Assembly (NCBI GenBank): GCA_964016885.1
Contig: OZ024743.1
Span: 227,416,001 to 227,480,000, forward strand
DNA: 64,000 nucleotides
Source: Eledone cirrhosa
Taxonomy: Eukaryota
Direction of reading: 5' to 3'
How positions within the stretch are numbered: position 1 is the stretch's first letter; the number at the start of each line of letters is the position of its first letter. The notes beneath the pieces are model-generated. The model worked only from the letters and a program-made list of their open reading frames with translations, did no database searches and was not told the DNA's origin. A program made the position numbers and the translations under genes. This document shows positions 1 through 12,900 of the stretch, one piece after another.

Positions 1-772
1 TCTCACGATTCCTCTATATAGAACAAAAACGTTTTTACGGAGTTCAAAACGATTAACAATTCTACTTTCTATATTAACTAAAATCTCGTCAAGAATATTC
101 AAATTTCTACTTTCTACTTTCTATGTTAACTAAAATCTCGTCTTCACGGACAAGAATATTATAATGAATGAATTACATATTTAGACTTCCAGTATTAAAC
201 AATATTAGACATAAATACCAACAATAGTTTGGACATTATACGCCCTTAGACTGTAGTTTGTAATGAGAAACAATATTTTATATAGAAATGCAATCTAGTG
301 GTAAGAAACTTCAGGCCTGCCATCCTCTAAAAACCCCAAGGGGGAGTACGATGAAAAAGAGTGCCCTAAAACTGGGAGAAATGAGGCAAAATTGGTTGGG
401 AGATCTCCCCGTCAGACGGGGAAAGTTGACAGGTCTCAAATGTTCAGAAAGCTGGACAGAAAAAAGTCGCCAGAGAAGAAATCTACCCCAAGCTAGTGTT
501 TCGGTCCTAAACTTGTTATACTCTTAGGGAAAATTTTAGTGAATAAAGAAATCGTTAATGATTGGCTCGTCTCGAATTATATTCCTTCAGTGTATAAGAG
601 GAGCATCTTCTGAAACTTTTTGCGGATGAAGAAAGGTTGCTACGAATTATGGGGTACGCACCTCCTCGACTAAGAGGTAACCAACTTCAATAATGGTAGT
701 AACATATACTGTGCTCCAACTCACTTTGAAAAGCATTACGCTAGCTACCAGCTATTATTACTACCAAAAGAA

Positions 773-997
773 GGGCGGTGGATTGGCAGTATCAGAAGAA
801 CGTCGGACAACATGTCCTGCGGTTCATAGTTACCTCCCCATAAGTTCTGAGTTCAAATCCCCACCGCTTCATGTTAGCTCTGCTTTTCATCCTTATAGTG
901 TCGATACACTAAAGTACCAGTAATTCACTGTGGTCAATTTAATCGACTATCCCCTTTCCTTCAAATTGCTGACATTGGGTCAAATGTAGCAACAATT
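773..997 (+). mobile_element. tRNA-derived SINE (family 1), diverged copy
   Basis: A-box-like TGGCAGTATCAG, B-box GAGTTCAAATCC and body GCTTTTCATCC...GTCGATA..AAAGTACCAGT, shared with the copies at 9127 and 51841. Confidence 0.8.
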
Positions 998-1877
998 GTA
1001 ACTTTGACAAGAAGTTCTCCACCGCATACATCTCATTGTGTGAAGGTACGACTAATTTTGGTCTATGCCAATCGTTACTCAGCATGCATATCATTGAAGA
1101 TTTCCCTCCGATGTGGTGAAGGTGAAACTAATTTTTGATTACGCACCTATTAAATCGGGAAGAAGTTCAGTTTGTTAGTAAGAATGGTTCGATATAGTGC
1201 TTGTTCTTGTAATTCACATTTAATTCTACAATCCATCCAATTGATTGTAACTTTTAAGACATTTAGACCAGATTTCCGTTGTATGAAAAAACAAACACGA
1301 CTTGAACCCACAAACTCCGTATTCCACCTTACCGAGTAGTTCTATTTACTACTGAATTTTTCCAACAATCAGCCATCTTTTTACATCATAACTTTAGTTG
1401 AAGTTCTTCCATTAGGCACTTCCGTGATATTTTCAAGTTCTTACATTATTCTTTTCCCCCGGTTTTCTTGTGTGATTTTTGTGCCAAAAATAAGGCAAAT
1501 TTTTACCACTAATTCTACCTCCATCTCTATTACATCAAGTTCAATGATTATCTACCACGGGTAAATCACATTAATAATCTACAGTATTAACATTTCGTTT
1601 TGAAATAATTTTGTTTAAATTTATATATTTTGCAGTATTTTCTGTAATTTCGCTTTTATTCTTTATCAAATTCAGCTACATTGCGTATTTTTCCAGAATT
1701 ACAAACATATACTTATTGTTAAAGTCAAAATATTCGTTTAAAACTGACGATTAGACGAGGGTGAACCGTATATATATATATACATATGGGGTAGGGGCGG
1801 TTTTAAAAGAAGGAAGGTGATCCACACATGAAGTAAAGAACTCATGTAGTGAATGTACTTTATTTGACTTGAAAGCC

Positions 1878-1921
1878 GTGCTTTCTGACGATTTTATCAC
1901 TAAATGAAACATAACTAGCAC
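1878..1921 (+). ncRNA. degenerate type I hammerhead ribozyme motif
   Basis: GTGCTTT-CTGACGA-T(TTTA tcac TAAA)T-GAAA-CATAAC-TA-GCAC; core and stem II present, stem I/III register imperfect. Confidence 0.4.
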
Positions 1922-2984
1922 TGAAAAACTCACCTCTGAACATGTGTGCCTGTGTTTGAATGCATTTGACAGTGGTTAATTTATTCGACTCACGATCGCA
2001 AAGTTCGATTTCCAGTGACGCGTACTATCCTAGGGTAACATACCTAATTTTACGTTACTTTTGTCTAGCTAGCTGGGAAAAAGGCGTTGTGCTACGTTGA
2101 ATCTCATTCAGAATTACGTTATGGGTACAAATTTATACAGAATGCTCTGTCACATGAACATTAATTTCACAGCAGGATGTTCCGTTAATGGAAAGAAAAA
2201 CATAGGCGCACACAAACACAGACATACATACATGCACATCGAAATTAACGTACCTTATCTAACCAGGTTTCGTAATCCTTTATATATATATTTGAGCGAA
2301 TTCCGTCCATCACACAATGTGTGTGCGTTTGTGTGAATGTATGTGTGTGTAAAAGGAAGGAAGGGGTTAATGAAAAAATATAATAAAACAGTGACTGGCG
2401 TTCCATTTGCTGCATTGTGTGTGAATGTATGTGTTTGTGCGTATTTGTGTAAATGTATCTGTGTGTGCGTGCTTGTGTAAATGTATCTGTGTGTGTAAAT
2501 GTATGTGTTTTTTCGGCTGTATATCTATGGGTGTTTTTTTTTGTGTCTGTGTTTGCACGATTATAGTTATATACTCATACATATAAATGTATTATATGAA
2601 CATAAGCACCCGCACACACATATACACATACGCGCCAGCTTGTTGAATAAAGTTCTAATGGATAAAATTAACCCAACTCATTGCAAAATCATATGATTAG
2701 TAAGATCTTTCGCTTTACATGAAACACATGACCGGCGGGCTATGGTGAAGTTAAGTGCTTACTTTTACATATTTCTATGGTTAATTTGAGAAAGTTTCAT
2801 CGTGGTACTTGTTAAAATTCATACCATCTTAATGAGTAGCACATTTTCTCATCAAGTAAATGATGTGTACGTTGAATTCGTTTAACTACATCTACAGAAA
2901 GAGGCGCACATAGGCGCACGCATATATACACAGATATACCTGTTTACAAGCACATACATTTAGGAACATCTATATGGATGCATA

Positions 2985-2996
2985 TATATATATATG

Positions 2997-3056
<60 letters not shown>

Positions 3057-3188
3057 CATACATATATGTGCATGCACACACACACACATATATATGTAAG
3101 TGTATATATAAAGGTGTGTGTGTTTTTATACACGCATACACACACACGCACACACATATACATATGTGTGTGTGTGTGTATGTAAATG

Positions 3189-3221
<33 letters not shown>

Positions 3222-3240
3222 GTGTATGAATACATACATA
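2985..3240. repeat. compound (AT)n/(CA)n/(GT)n microsatellite
   Basis: direct inspection. Confidence 0.95.
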
Positions 3241-3536
3241 TGTCTATATCAATATATATTTTTTAGACATTCACTGTTATCAGACGTTAGACTGTGGCCA
3301 TGCTAAAGCACCGCTTCCAGTGCATTTAATTGCTGATATCGACCTAAATGTTAATTTTTCTAACCATTGTATTTATTTTATCGCTCTCTATTTGTCGTAC
3401 AGCGGTGTCAATACGCAATAATGGCAACATGTAAAACAGCACTATTTCGACTGCTAATATATAACATGCATTAATTGCACCCTAAAGAAATTTTCGACGT
3501 TATTCACACCTACATCCCCTCCATATATATGTGTAT

Positions 3537-3554
3537 GTAGATAGATAGGGGGAT

Positions 3555-3641
<87 letters not shown>

Positions 3642-3676
3642 GATGGATAGATAGATGGATAGATAGATAGATAGAT
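3537..3676. repeat. (GATA)n microsatellite
   Basis: direct inspection. Confidence 0.95.
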
Positions 3677-3727
3677 TTCTTTATTTGCCACAAGGGCGCA
3701 CAAGAAAAGAAGACAATACAAAGACAT
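3675..3727 (-). mobile_element. extreme 3' end of Tx1-like LINE family
   Basis: reverse complement TGTCTTTGTATTGTC...CCCTTGTGGCAAATAAAGAAAT matches the 3' end at 56035-56088. Confidence 0.6.
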
Positions 3728-4314
3728 GTGTGTTTCTATGTGCGTGTGAAGTAAGTATTTCTTATTTGCTTACAAATCGACATTACCAACATTTGAAGAC
3801 TTTGAAAATATTTAAACATCTGAATTTCGAAATCTTGGAGCAACGTTGGTACAAGAAGATGAAGATGAAGATGAAGAGGAGAGAAATAAGAAGAATATGT
3901 GCTGTAAGCTATTTAGTAAGATTATCTACGAATTTCTGCCAACTCAACATTCTCTATTTAGTGAAATATTAGTTTCCATCTGTGATTGGTATAATCCATT
4001 TAGAGAAGGAATTGTCGTGAAGTGTTTCACTAATGAATTAATTCTATTAGACATCAGAGAAAATTGAAGACCGATTCCACAGACAGTTTCATTAAATGGA
4101 AGGGATGATTGTTTGGCACCTCTACCAATGTCTGTACTATCATGCTTGCTATTCATTTAGCTTTGTGCTCTCTCTTTCTCTCCCTCTCTTCCTCACTCCA
4201 CCTCTCTCTGTCTCTCTTTCTTTCTCTTTCTCTCTCTCTCTATCAATCTATCTATCTATCCATCTATCTACCTATCTTCCTTTTCCCCTCCCTCTTTTTC
4301 TCGTACCCTTTATA

Positions 4315-4371
<57 letters not shown>

Positions 4372-4454
4372 ATTGAGTGTATATACATATGGAACTATAT
4401 ATGTATTACAAGATATGTGTATATATAAGTATATATATATAAGTATATATATAA

Positions 4455-4552
<98 letters not shown>

Positions 4553-4983
4553 TGTGAGTGTGTATATATGTGTTATGTAGTATATACACGCAAATAGATA
4601 GAGATGGATATGTGTGTATGTAACATATTTTAAGTTTTATGTCTGGTATGATCACGTTTACTTTTTCTAAATAGTTCTACTCTAACATTTCCCAGTTCAG
4701 ACCTCAGTCGGATGTATCCTAATTCCAAAGCAGGATGCTTACTTTCACAGTGAGACTAAACTTATGTTTTTTTTTTGTTTTTTTTTTGTTTAAATCCTTT
4801 GACATGACTGGACACCTATGAGCTGTAAAAGCCATGACTACTTCATTAAAGATACTGAACTCTTAGAAGGGACTGGAGAAAAACTTCGCTCACAATGGTT
4901 CTGAAACTCTTTTATTGCATGCATTATGTATGTGTATATATATATATATATGCCTCGGGAACGTAACATTATTATGTAAGAAG

Positions 4984-5055
4984 CTGTCTGATGATTCATG
5001 GCACTGGGTACACGGAATAGTATGACCACTGTCATCATTGAAATATGTATCACAC
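4984..5055 (+). ncRNA. type I hammerhead ribozyme motif, long stem II
   Basis: TGT-CTGATGA-[ATGGCA.TGG...CCA.TGTCAT]-GAAA-TATGTA-TC-ACA; lies in a ~150-bp island between (TA)n tracts. Confidence 0.6.
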
Positions 5056-5085
5056 CATTATCAATAACTACTTCGCATTTCTTAT

Positions 5086-5176
<91 letters not shown>

Positions 5177-5177
5177 A

Positions 5178-5208
<31 letters not shown>

Positions 5209-5439
5209 ATGTGTGTATGTCTATATTTGTGGTGGGGTTGCTTGAGTGTTATTTTGTATTATGGAAGAATGAATTTTCAATACGTAAACAAAAAGTTCTC
5301 TTCTTATTTCTTCACTTATTCCGTCAAGGCTTGTGGGTCAAAGAAATCAATTATGTATTTTAATAGATGTAATTAGCTAGTATTTCAAAGAATTCGCTGT
5401 TTCATAGGCTTTGTGGAATAAGGCACTATTCTCTTTTAA

Positions 5440-6300
5440 TTGTATTCACCAAAAATATTCTCAAATGTTTTCCTCTACATTTTCTCAAATTATTTCCCCA
5501 AAATTTCAGCATATGTTTGCAAAACAATTTCACAAAAACTTTGTTAAAGTTTTTCACAAATACTTTTTTATTGTTCCTCAAAATTTCCTTAAATTATCCT
5601 GTAACTTCATTCGAACGTTTTCGCAGAAATTTCATTAAATATTTCTTCAAAATTGGTCTTTTAAAATTGTTTACCAAAATTCTTCGCGAAAGCATTACTC
5701 TTGTTTTGTTTCAAAACTTTTCCTGGAAGATTACACAAATTGTTTTCTCAAAATAGCCTCAAATATTTTCTTGAAAATTTTCTACAAAATTGACCACTAA
5801 AATTATCGCAAATTTTTGTTTAATATTCGTCAAAATTCTTTTTCTATTTTCACGAAAAATTAACTTAATATTTTTCAAAAACTTACATAAAGAAATTTAC
5901 AAAACATTCCAACATATTTAATTACAATTTTATGAAACATTTCGTAAAAATATTTCCCGAAAATATCATCAACACGTTTCCACAAAATTCTTTTATACAT
6001 TTCCTCAAACACTTTCTCGAATATATTCCTAAGTACTTTTTAAAAGTTTTCTGAAAATTTCATCAATAATTTGGCTCAATGCTTTCAAAAATTTCATAAG
6101 ATATCCTCCTCAAAATTTCCTGAAATGTTTTCCCCAAATTTGTCCACGTATTGCTTCAGACAAATTGCCTTAAACTTGTCTGAAAATATATACTTAAAAG
6201 TTCGTCAAAATGCGTTTCAAATATTTCATGAGAAATCGTCTTCAAAATGTACTTTTATTCTTGCCAAAGGTTGTTAAAATATGTTCTTAACTCAAATTTC
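5440..6300. repeat. degenerate G-poor minisatellite-like tract (AAAATTT/TTTTC/CAAAA motifs)
   Basis: recurrent short motifs and strong G depletion on the + strand. Confidence 0.6.
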
Positions 6301-6435
6301 CTTCAATAGAGGGTATCGGTTATTTAGCGTAGTGGTTAATTTTACATGATTTTTCTCAACTATAATTTATAGAGATCGAATGAAATAATTTTCAGTTCTA
6401 TATTGAGACGACTACATTTCAAATTTCATACTTTC

Positions 6436-7130
6436 CTGATGTGTAGGTCAAGCGCATATATTAACTGTAAAACTAGAAATGTAGTATATAGCATAAGATG
6501 TACTGAAGGACAATGTAGAGATAAAAATATAGTGTACATAGGTGAGACATCTCGTAGTATAGGGGAACGGATAAATGAACACTGACGAGACCTTCAAGAT
6601 AGTAAAGAATCATCTGTACTCTACCAACATGCTAAAATAGAACATAAGGGTAAATTAGACAACATAGAAATAAAAATAGAATCTACACACAGAAAAGACG
6701 CAATGTTTAGACAAATCACAGAGGCAATAAACATAAATGAATTACAACCAAAATTAAATAGAAAACATGAGTGGAACAGCAACATCACAACTTACAATTA
6801 AGGACAAAATGAAAACACACACACACATAGAACAAACAACCAACCAGTAACATGTAAATAAACAAATAAATAAACGAATATAAACACACACAGACACCCG
6901 GATGTAACACGTGTGCAAACTAAGCACACAACACACACACAAAAACAAGATGGCGTAGGACAGAACAAAGGAGAGGCACAAAACACAAAGAAAAGAATCC
7001 CCAGTCACTGAAGAGGTCACAGAATGTGTGACGAAAGAACTTTGACAATATATAAACAACATCTGGTTGTGGAACCAACCAACCTACCGGAAATTTATAA
7101 ATTCCTAAATTTATAAATTTATTATAATAA
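6436..7130 (+). mobile_element. Penelope-like element 3' fragment: GIY-YIG endonuclease pseudogene plus 3' pLTR-like region
   Basis: translation NCKTRNVVYSIRC..C..VYIGETSRSIGERINEH*RD...LYQHAKIEH...RQITEAINI...LNRKHEW; one in-frame stop; HHR downstream. Confidence 0.85.
7004..7046 (+). ncRNA. minimal type I hammerhead ribozyme variant
   Basis: GTCA-CTGAAGA-G-GTCACA gaatg TGTGAC-GAAA-GAAC-TT-TGAC; stems I and II pair perfectly. Confidence 0.75.
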
Positions 7131-7253
7131 ATTGAAATGAAAGCAACTGGTGCGTGTGTTTCTTATTGGCAACATGACCCTCCCATAGTATAACAATATC
7201 GATTTCAACACACGTTTTCAGATAAAGAATCTTGCTAAACAAATTCAGAAACG

Positions 7254-7328
<75 letters not shown>

Positions 7329-7576
7329 AGAATGAAAGTGAGCAAAATCGAAGTTGCAGCGATTGGCCAGCATCCCTCGAAAAGAAAAACAATATTCGGA
7401 AATTTGCACGAAACACTCAATAAGAAAATATCGATAAATCGATAAGTTACATCTCAGAGTAATAAGCATACGTTAAAGGCGTGTATGTGTGGCTGCATGT
7501 GCGTGTTTGTATGTATGTATGGGTATTTATGGGTGTTTGTATGTATGTATGGGTATGTATGGGTGTTTGTATGGAT

Positions 7577-7870
7577 GGCACGTGGTTTAGTGGTTAGTGT
7601 AAGGTCATGAGTTCGATTCTCGGCACGTTGAATCCTTGAGCATGGGATTATATTTCACTTTGTACTAGTCTACTCAACTGGCAAACATGAATTGCACCTA
7701 TACTTTTAGGGGCCTCGTTACATTCTCTGTCACAGTACACCTCCCTCAAATCTAGGTTAAGGGTATGCTTGCCTGAGGAGTGTTCGGTTACTTCCACGTT
7801 AATTTCATGAGCAGGCTCTTCCGTTGATCGTATCAAGTAGAATGATCGTCGTTGTAAACGATGGAGCACC
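7577..7870 (+). mobile_element. tRNA-derived SINE (family 2)
   Basis: A-box TGGTTTAGTGG, B-box GAGTTCGATTC, then TCCTTGAGCA..ATTTCAC core; related fragments near 1970-2190 and 39975-40090. Confidence 0.7.
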
Positions 7871-8009
7871 CGAGATAGAGAATATATACGTATATATCTG
7901 TTCCTGTGTGTGTGTCTTTAAGAACTGGATAATCATCTGATCACATGTTTCGGCCGGTGAAACTATATCTTGTGACTGTTCGCCGAAACACACACTCACA
8001 CATATGTAC

Positions 8010-8105
<96 letters not shown>

Positions 8106-8438
8106 GCTTACCTATATAATCTTTATCATTATTCTAGGAGTAAACATCATTGCTTAGAAAGGCAATCTTCATGAAGATTAAATGAGTTCTTATATTGCTA
8201 CGTTGGCAACGACCATTCCACTACATATATTCTGCTGGCCACCCCAATATTAATTATGCCCAGTACATGAGAGAGAAAAAGATGGCCTTTCATATCAAAG
8301 AAAAAGGAATTTCTTTGACAAACATACTATCAGCCTCAGAAACCAGAATTATCACTATAAATATACATACTTTCAGACACACGCTCTCTCTCTCCCCCTC
8401 CCTCTCTTTCCTTCTTTCTCTCTCTCTCTCATATATAT

Positions 8439-8480
<42 letters not shown>

Positions 8481-8511
8481 GAATACATATTTATTTATAT
8501 ATATATATATA

Positions 8512-8562
<51 letters not shown>

Positions 8563-9016
8563 CATGTGTATATATAAAGAGATGAGAGACGGTGAGTGAG
8601 ATCCTTTCGTAATATGGATCCTATGATTCGAGATATCGTTATAATCACAAGGAACATAGTTACAATGGCATAATTTCAACCAAAACACATAAAATATAAC
8701 TCTTCACTTTTCATTGATTGGTTCTGTTATAAAATGATGCATTGGCTATCAATATACGCTATAAACATTTGTGGTGCTGTTTTGTCAGCGTATATATATA
8801 AATAAGAGTGTTGTTTATCTTAGTTGTTACGTAGTAACTTCCTGATGATAAGCAGGTCCTAGCGAACCAAACAAAGCACTACACGTCAGAAGTTTATCCC
8901 AGGTAGGGGATTATGAGTGGCGGAGTATTCATTTATCAAATAATTGTTTCTACTTTTGGCACAAGGCCACAAATAATGGTAGTTAAGACGGGATTGAATC
9001 ACCATAATTGTTTATT

Positions 9017-9066
9017 GCATTATTATATTTCTGTTACATGGTTATTCATGTGACTTCGTCAGATGC
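9017..9066 (-). ncRNA. type I hammerhead ribozyme motif
   Basis: minus strand GCAT-CTGACGA-A(GTCACATG aataac CATGTAAC)A-GAAA-TATAA-TA-ATGC. Confidence 0.65.
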
Positions 9067-9126
9067 TTACGCAATCATTGGTGCAGTTAGTATCAGACGA
9101 ATCCCGTCTTAACTACCATTTTTTAA

Positions 9127-9553
<427 letters not shown>

Positions 9554-9966
9554 ACGTGCGCGTGTGTGTGTGTAAATAAATTTTCTCCAAAATGGCTGAC
9601 TGAGTGTATACGTGTTTTTTCTAAAAAAATATTTTTGGATCCTTTTCTTACATAATCTTTCTATTTCATCTTTTATTTTTCATTCTATCACCTATTGCTA
9701 GACTTAGACTAGAGTCAGAGACGTAAAGATCCATTCCTACTATATCAAGCATTAAATTAACATATATCTTCATTATACTGTGTCATTGGCGTTGTTATTA
9801 CCGTTTACTTATTTCCGTATGAGCAAGACAAGGTCAGCCAACAAGACAAACCGTCTAACCCATGCTAGCGTGGAAGAACGGACGTAAAACGGCGAAGATG
9901 ATGATGATGATGATGATATATATATATAAGAAAACGGAAACAACGTATATATATATACAGAGAGAG

Positions 9967-10045
<79 letters not shown>

Positions 10046-10094
10046 TGTGAATGATATAGAGAAGCGTCATATAATTTTACGTATGTGATTAAAT

Positions 10095-10162
<68 letters not shown>

Positions 10163-10167
10163 CTTAC

Positions 10168-10237
<70 letters not shown>

Positions 10238-10424
10238 CTGTTTGTGTGTGTTTGTGTGTGTGTGTTGATGGTTAAATACACACCTTCTTTCTGTTTGTAA
10301 GATGTCGTCCCTTACTTTCATGTATGGTACTATTTCTTCTGGCAATGAAGAATTAACGTACGAAATGTTAAGTTTATTTTCCATTGTTCTACGTTTTGTT
10401 GAAGTCTGATCCTTGCTAGTCTTC

Positions 10425-11540
10425 CCCTCGGATGGAAAATTATTACCATCGGCTTCTTGATACAGTGCACTCGAAGATAGGATTGCAGTTTTAGTTACAG
10501 GAAAAGGAACGGAGGAGCAATTGAGTGTTCTGATTGCAAGAGATGGAAGCGGACAAGTCGCTGAATTCGTTTTAAAGGAAATTCAACGACATAAATTTGA
10601 GGGTAGAATAATTAGTATATTCCTTCGATACCACTCTCCGTAACACCGGCAATCACCAACGAACCAATACAAAAATTAAAGTATCTCTGGCAAAATTCCA
10701 TCTTTTGAAAGGCTTGCCACCATCACATTCCTCAACTTGTTTTGATGAAAGTTTTTCAGATCTTTCCCACATCATCTGGTCCTGGTATCTCACTATTCAA
10801 ATAGTTTCAGGAATGTTGGGACTCTGTAGATAAGTCTCAACCTAATGTCGACAATGATGAGCCCATGTAAGATTTTTACAAGCAAAAAAGGGAGGAGATA
10901 GTTGAATATCAACTGAATGTACTGCTAACTGAAGATGATACCTGAGAAGACAATGCCGATTTTATAAAGCTCTGCCTTCTCTATCTTGGTTGGCAATCTG
11001 TCCCATTCTCCTCGGTTCCAGGAGCTTACCAGAAGAGTTTCTTTGACGAAAGTCTTGGCCTGGAATAGAAGAAAAACATATTTCAAAATCTAACAAAAAA
11101 AGAAAAAAGATGGGAATGAAGAAGGAAGAGAAATGAATAGCTTTCAGTAACAAGGAACTGGGTGAATTATTCCGAAGAAAACAAATAAACTTTTCCATCA
11201 GCTCAACATTGTCCAAAACAATCTGGTTTTTTTCACTATCGGAGATGTCAAAGGATCTGTCGACGCTCTGAAATGTGTTAATGTCACTACTGATTGAGGT
11301 ATTTATGTCATAAAGAATCTCAAAGATTCTACGAAGGATGAAAAACCAGTGTTGTGGATAAAAAGAAACAAAGATTCTAGAGTAAAAACAGGGCTATTTC
11401 TGGTTATAAACATCATTGGTAAAAATGTTTCTCTCTTTAAAGCTAATATTATTGCGTATTTAGTATATATTCTTCCTGCTTATTTTCATTTCATTTCGTT
11501 TTGTCATGTGATTTCCTCGTTGGATTCCGTAAAGAAAGGA
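10425..11540. pseudogene. DNA-transposon transposase relic, apparently with its distal part inverted
   Basis: + strand fragments DGKLLP, EDRIAVLVTG, FDTTLRNTG, ACHHHIPQL, SGPGISLFK, LYLG, VPGA; many stops and frameshifts; coding-like sequence continues on the - strand after ~11030. Confidence 0.6.
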
Positions 11541-11729
11541 CAATATACTACAGACTAGGTCCAAAAAATCTTCATAAATATGTGAAAGTATGCAACCTCT
11601 AAATATTATTCAATTGACCTATAATTCGGCGTTATTTCATCAACTCAAACAAAGGTGTAATCAAAATGAGATGATTGGGTATAGTTTGGCAAATAGAACA
11701 CCATAAAATATATGTATATATACATACGA

Positions 11730-12900
11730 TTGTATATATAGTGGAGCACAAAACGATCATCCAGAATTTCTTCAGGATAAAGAACTAGTCAGCAATGGGG
11801 ATGATGCTACTAATAAAAACTGACCAAGAGGTCATCGAAGCAATCCCCGATGTTAATAGACCTCCTGCATGGCACCTACTTCCCCAAGGCAATATATCTA
11901 TGTGTCATACATGTGAAAAAAATTTCAACTAAATGTTTCTGACCACAACAGATCATGAGGGAGATTCCCTCATTCCCACCAACGTCAAATCATGTGAGGA
12001 AGAAAAACAACACATGCAGCAGCTGCCATGATAACTACAACTATGTCGACACCAACGGCAGTAACAAGAACCGTAGCAAGAAAATCATCAACAGCAACTA
12101 CATTTGGTGACACAGCTGCATCTCAAATAGTACTAAAAACAGTAAAACCAACAAAGGTGCTAACGACAATATCAGCAACACCAACTCCTAATACATCAAC
12201 TGATGGATATGAATTATGGCGAGTGAAAAGAGTGAAAAACTATTTCATACAAAAACGAGAATAAAGAGCAAACCTTCTGACGTCTACCTCTCCCCTCCAA
12301 ATAAAAAATGCAGACAGAAAGATCAAAACCACAAGGCTCATAACACCAACACTAACATTAGCAGTAGCACCCCGAATTCATCAACAACACCAACGTTATC
12401 ACAAGTACACCCCAACCCACACCTGAAACGACAGGAAAAGCAAACCCAACAGAAAGTCAAATACCATAAATTTCACAACTATAAACACAAAAAATTATAT
12501 ATTATTGCACCACAAAGACCAACACATAGACATTAAAAAATACAAAATATAATTACATCATACTCTCCAAGTAGAAGAAATCGTCTTGTACACACTCGTT
12601 CGTTGCCGACATGTGGGTTTATATCGAACATCTGCTCTCAATTATAAGACGGATCCGTCATTCGGCGACATCCATCATGAAGATCGCCCCGCTGTCTTCC
12701 TTTAGTTGGGAAGGGAAGGCGGTTTTAATATGCCTTATGTTCTGGGTCTGGGTGAAAAACCTTGTGTGATAGACGCACTTGACGGGATGGAATATAGGCA
12801 TTTACTTTCCGGCGAAGCCGTAATTAACTTATTTAGGTTCCACTTGAAGAAGAAAACCGAGGCGGAGAGAGTGGTAAGGGTGACCGCGGATTTTTGTGAG
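11730..12900 (+). mobile_element. internally deleted, degenerate Tx1-like LINE (ORF1 remnant joined to ORF2 C-terminus)
   Basis: GMMLLIKTDQEVIEAIPDV resembles GMELLIQADQKSIEEIPEV (60527 ORF); Thr-rich segment; LSGEAVINLFRFHLKKKTEAER resembles LFGQSLINFFKFHLERKVRVER (55307 ORF). Confidence 0.7.

Noticed and set aside
61-142. 30-bp direct repeat
   Set aside because: Ordinary local duplication
6583-6585. In-frame TGA in a PLE endonuclease as possible selenocysteine (known for some Naiad elements)
   Set aside because: Not at a Cys position, no SECIS seen, and the Naiad-type copy at 22 kb uses TGT/TGC at its Cys sites; more likely decay
7945-7992. Hairpin TGTTTCGGC...GCCGAAACA as an HHR remnant
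   Set aside because: No CUGANGA on either strand; may be a snap-back remnant but unsupported
8835-8895. CTGATGA with AACTTC/GAAGTT flanks as a hammerhead
   Set aside because: No GAAA and no convincing stems II or III
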